Position numbers and translations under genes: made by a program. A DNA stretch of 64,000 bases, from the NCBI GenBank assembly GCA_973895155.1, contig OZ316895.1, positions 19,234,803 to 19,298,802 on the forward strand, read 5' to 3'. This DNA comes from Marsupella aquatica. Taxonomy: Eukaryota; Plantae; Marchantiophyta. The notes beneath the pieces are model-generated. The model was not told the origin of the DNA. It searched no databases and was given only the letters and a program-made list of their open reading frames with translations. This document shows, one piece after another, positions 60,601-64,000 of the stretch; the first letter of the stretch is position 1, and the number at the start of each line of letters is the position of its first letter.

Positions 60601-62285
60601 AGATGGAGTCTGTCATCATTGCAGAGCTCGACAAGGAGCTAAAAGCAACCCAGGAGGAGAGGACTACCTTGAAACAAGAACGGGAGGAAGCCCAGAAGGA
60701 ACTAGAGGAGGCACGCAAGGACCTGGATGAGACCCAGGAGGAGTTGGAGGAAATCACGAGGAAGATGGAGAACCTCCAGCGGCGGGCCGACAACCAAACG
60801 GAGCGGCTGAAGAAACAAGCCGCAGTATTTAGGTGCTTGTCTTCATCAGGCCCAACTCCAATTGGGGCAACCAAGTTACCAGGAGTGGTACTGGCCGAAG
60901 AAAAAGCCGCGCCAACTGCACCAGTGCCGGAGGTAAGTGGGAAGGGGAAGGGACCAGCTGCCGAACCAGAAAAGAAGAAAAAGCGGAAACCTTCAGGGTC
61001 AAGGAGTAATCCGACTCCACAAGCCGTGGTGACCAAAGAGGTAGAACCAGCACCATCCTCTGACATGAATACGGCAATAGATCCCGCTATGATCACAGGT
61101 AGGGATGGTGCGGCCCAAGCCGAACTACTCAGTAAGGAGGCCAGTATTCCAGATCCGCCTCTTGAGCAGGCCGGGGAGACCGTAGCCGAGGCTGAGGCCA
61201 TAACCGATTCTCGAGCCGATGCCGACGCCGATGGTGGACCCAGTCAGGCCGATGGAGAGTTGACTCAGTCAAGGGCAGGTAATCTGTCAGGGAATGAGCC
61301 TACGGCAGTGGCTGAGGAGGAAGCGTTGGGGGCGTCCATTAAGGATCCACCACCGGTGTCGTGACGGTGCAAGGGCGCCGTTCCTTTTAGGGAGGGCGGA
61401 CGTGGAGGGAGGAGGCGTGAGTGGGCAGGGCGGGCGCGGATCTCCACGTTTAGGATTAGGATCAGAACCAGGAGCGGCCCTGACACTTAGCTTAGTGGGA
61501 TTGCGGTCCCACTGGTAGGAGCAACACTTGTGCTCCTGCCTTGCTGTACATAGGTAGATTCGGGCAAGTAGATTACTGTTAAGTAGATTAGGCTTATGAT
61601 GCAAAGAATGGCGGATCCACTACCAGGATAAGTACCTGGGCAGCGGGGAGCTCAGGGCCTCTTCTTTAGCAAGTTTTTAGTTTGCACCAGCCGGGCTGGG
61701 ATCAAGTAGTACGAGAAGCTCTCGGTTAGTCATACAGTGACCCTTGTGTATATTCATGTTTCCTCATGCCTAAGAGCTGAATAGAGTTGGCCTCACGGCT
61801 TAGTTCGCAGAACTTGTGTATGAGATGTACTGTTTGTATGGCAAGTGCATGGTATGACTCAGTCAGAATGAGTCATTTTGCTATTTGTGTGTCGCATTAA
61901 CTTGTGTGAAGAGTGCCCACATCAACAGAAGGAAGGAAAGTAAGCAGGGGAGTGAGAATTGGATGTGTCGAGCTAAGAGAGGTCTTAGCGGCTTAACCAA
62001 GCCTATTGGGGATCATTCCGGCGGCGGAATCCAAACATACCTAACAAGACGGAGGGGAAGACAGGGGAAGACAGGGGAAGGCCTATATTAGGCCGGCTAC
62101 GTATCTCATGACCCGATGAAGGATCTGTCCAGTATATGTGTGTAAAATGTTAATAGTAGTAGTAGAAGGTTAGCAGCGTCCCATGCCGCTAAGCCGCGGA
62201 AACGGCCTCGCCAAGCACGAAACCTGCGGGAATCGGCTTGAGCTGGGGGGTTTCTTGGGTTTAGGGAGCCATGGGATGCACCACA
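57617..62285 (+). repeat. 3' LTR, 4669 bp
   Basis: Direct repeat of 46735-51403, followed by TSD CTGCA. Confidence 0.97.
57990..61364 (+). pseudogene. 3'-LTR copy of the accessory ORF with one nonsense codon
   Basis: TAG at 58974-58976 where the 5' copy has CAG (48092-48094); the frame is open upstream to ATG 57732. Confidence 0.9.
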
Positions 62286-64000
62286 CTGCACTACTAAGCT
62301 ACAGACCATCATCTTTTAACTCAACCACCCCACATCAACTTGCACTAAGAAACACACCAAACGTCTCTCACTTAAGAACATTCGGCTGTAAGGTCATGGT
62401 ACCCATCCTAGGACCTAAGCGCACCAAGATGGGACCCCAAAGACATGCGGGAATATACATTGGTTTTGATTCCGCTTCAATTATCAAATATATGGAACCT
62501 ACCACATCTGATGTCTTTAAAGCACGTTTTGTGGACTGTCACTTCTATGAAAAGAATTTTCCCAAACTACATACAAAGCAACAAATTGACAAAGAGAAAA
62601 ACTCTACACTGTCTTACTTGGCAAATTGAAGCTGGTTTTTGGAATGACCCACGGGATGGCCATGAAGAAAAGGAAGTACAGAGATTTATACATCTTGCGA
62701 GGATGGTAGAACAACTACCGGTCTCCTTCATGGATGCGGCCCAGGTGACGAGGTCTCATATCCCAGCAGCAAATGCACCATCTAGAATCCAAATGGAGAC
62801 ACCACCAGCATCAGTGACAGCCCCAAAAGCAAAGAGAGGCCGCCCACCAGGTTTAGGAGATAGACAACCAAGGCAGCGGAGAGCTGCCCCCCCCAAGTGC
62901 ACCCAGTACATCGATCAGGAACCAAACTCCAAGACAATCAAATGCACCAGAAGACAACAAAGAGATATCAATCAATTATGGAAGAACTGGACATGTATGG
63001 GACAAAGAGGATACCACGATAGATGAAAAATTTGCATTTCACATAGCACAACAGATCAAAGATGAACTGCCCGACCCAAGAACAATTAAGGAAGCATAAA
63101 CTCAACCAGACTTGCCTGAATGGAAGAAGGCCATCCACTTAGAACTGGATTCATTAATAGCTCACCAAGTGTTTGGACCAATAACAATAGCAGAACCTAA
63201 AACACATCTTACAGGCTATAAATGGACTTTCGTAAAGAAACAAAATGCAAAAGTTGAGGTAACACGGCACAAGGCCAGGCTAGTGGCCAGAGGGTTCACT
63301 CAAGTCCCAGACAGGGACTATGACCTTTATTATTCGCCTGTAATGGACGTAATTACTTACAAGTACCTTATTACATTCTCACTACGCCACAACTTATCCA
63401 TGCACCATATGGATATTGTGACAGCTTATTTATATGGGCACTTAGACAAAGATATATATATGCAGGCCCCTCCAGAATTGGTGCAACGAGTTGAGTACCA
63501 CAGCAAAGGGAAACAAATACATCAAACTGGGAACCAGAAACAAATGGAAATATTTGATCATACAAATGCAGCCATGCTCCAGAAGACTGCAGCGGCAATA
63601 GCACTAAGAGCTCCCATACAACAAATTCAGAATCAGAGGGATCCCACCTCAAGAACTCGCTTTGCAGTACAGGTTTTTATATCAATGTATGGCCTCAAAC
63701 AAAGCGGATTGACATGGTACAAAAGATTTAAATCCAAGATGCTGGCAATGGGATTCACAAACGCTGACATAGCCCCATGTCTATTTCTGAAGCGAGAGGC
63801 AAAAGAATTTAGTATTGTGGCTATTTATGTGGACGATCTGAACCTGTTCAGATCCAGAAAAATTATGATGGAAACCATCAAGTTACTTAAACAGGCTTTT
63901 GAGATGCGCGACCTAGGGCAAACTTCTTTCTGCCTAGGCCTACAATTTGAGCATCTGCAAAATGGCATTTTACTGCATCAGTCCACATATATCAAAAAGA
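62286..64000 (+). pseudogene. Bianca-like copia integrase C-terminus and reverse transcriptase
   Basis: HLRTFGCKVMVP, KARLVARGFTQ, MDIVTAYLYG, MYGLKQSG, IYVDDLNL. Confidence 0.95.

Larger units (their letters stand above)
46735..62285 (+). mobile_element. Full-length Ty3/gypsy retrotransposon, 15551 bp, no chromodomain seen
   Basis: TG...CA LTRs at constant offset 10882; TSD CTGCA at 46730-46734 and 62286-62290; PBS, gag-PR, RT-RH-INT order, PPT. Confidence 0.98.
40136..64000 (+). mobile_element. Bianca-like Ty1/copia element carrying two gypsy insertions; continues past the window end
   Basis: Short LTR, TTATCAGCACG PBS, gag NYLSWLLDVEAHL; integrase rejoins across both insertions as KWSQISLL|STQNLVFSRLLAHILKLRAQFP and WGHAILHSAA|LLSYRPS...FGCKVMVPILGPKRTKMGPQR. 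Confidence 0.9.

Noticed and set aside
46735-62285. The 4.67-kb direct repeat as a segmental duplication or assembly artefact
   Set aside because: Exact TG..CA ends, PBS, PPT, a 5-bp TSD and scattered substitutions identify true LTRs.

Overview
Transposon-dense eukaryotic DNA, most likely from a non-seed land plant (inferred from the element families). One host gene looks intact: a 5-exon MDR/enoyl-reductase-like oxidoreductase at 28047-30590 (339 aa). There is also a small membrane-protein pseudogene. The rest is nested transposons: RTE/RTEX-like LINEs with (CATTAC)n tails, several Ty1/copia remnants including a Bianca-like element, a decayed Helitron plus a non-autonomous one, a SWIM-finger transposase remnant, an L1 remnant, solo LTRs and tandem repeats. 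The main observation is a Ty3/gypsy lineage whose very long LTRs (about 4-4.7 kb) each encode a large protein. A full-length element (46735-62285, TSD CTGCA) has two 4669-bp LTRs carrying an 1124-aa ORF (intact in the 5' LTR, one nonsense codon in the 3' LTR). A 3967-bp solo LTR (42467-46433, TSD GTTAT) and a probable 4539-bp 3' LTR (7861-12399) carry diverged homologues. The full-length element also has a candidate -1 ribosomal frameshift signal (G GAU UUU plus pseudoknot) between gag-protease and RT. Three LTR families share a hairpin with a compensatory base-pair change. Family names come from motif recognition by eye, not database searches.
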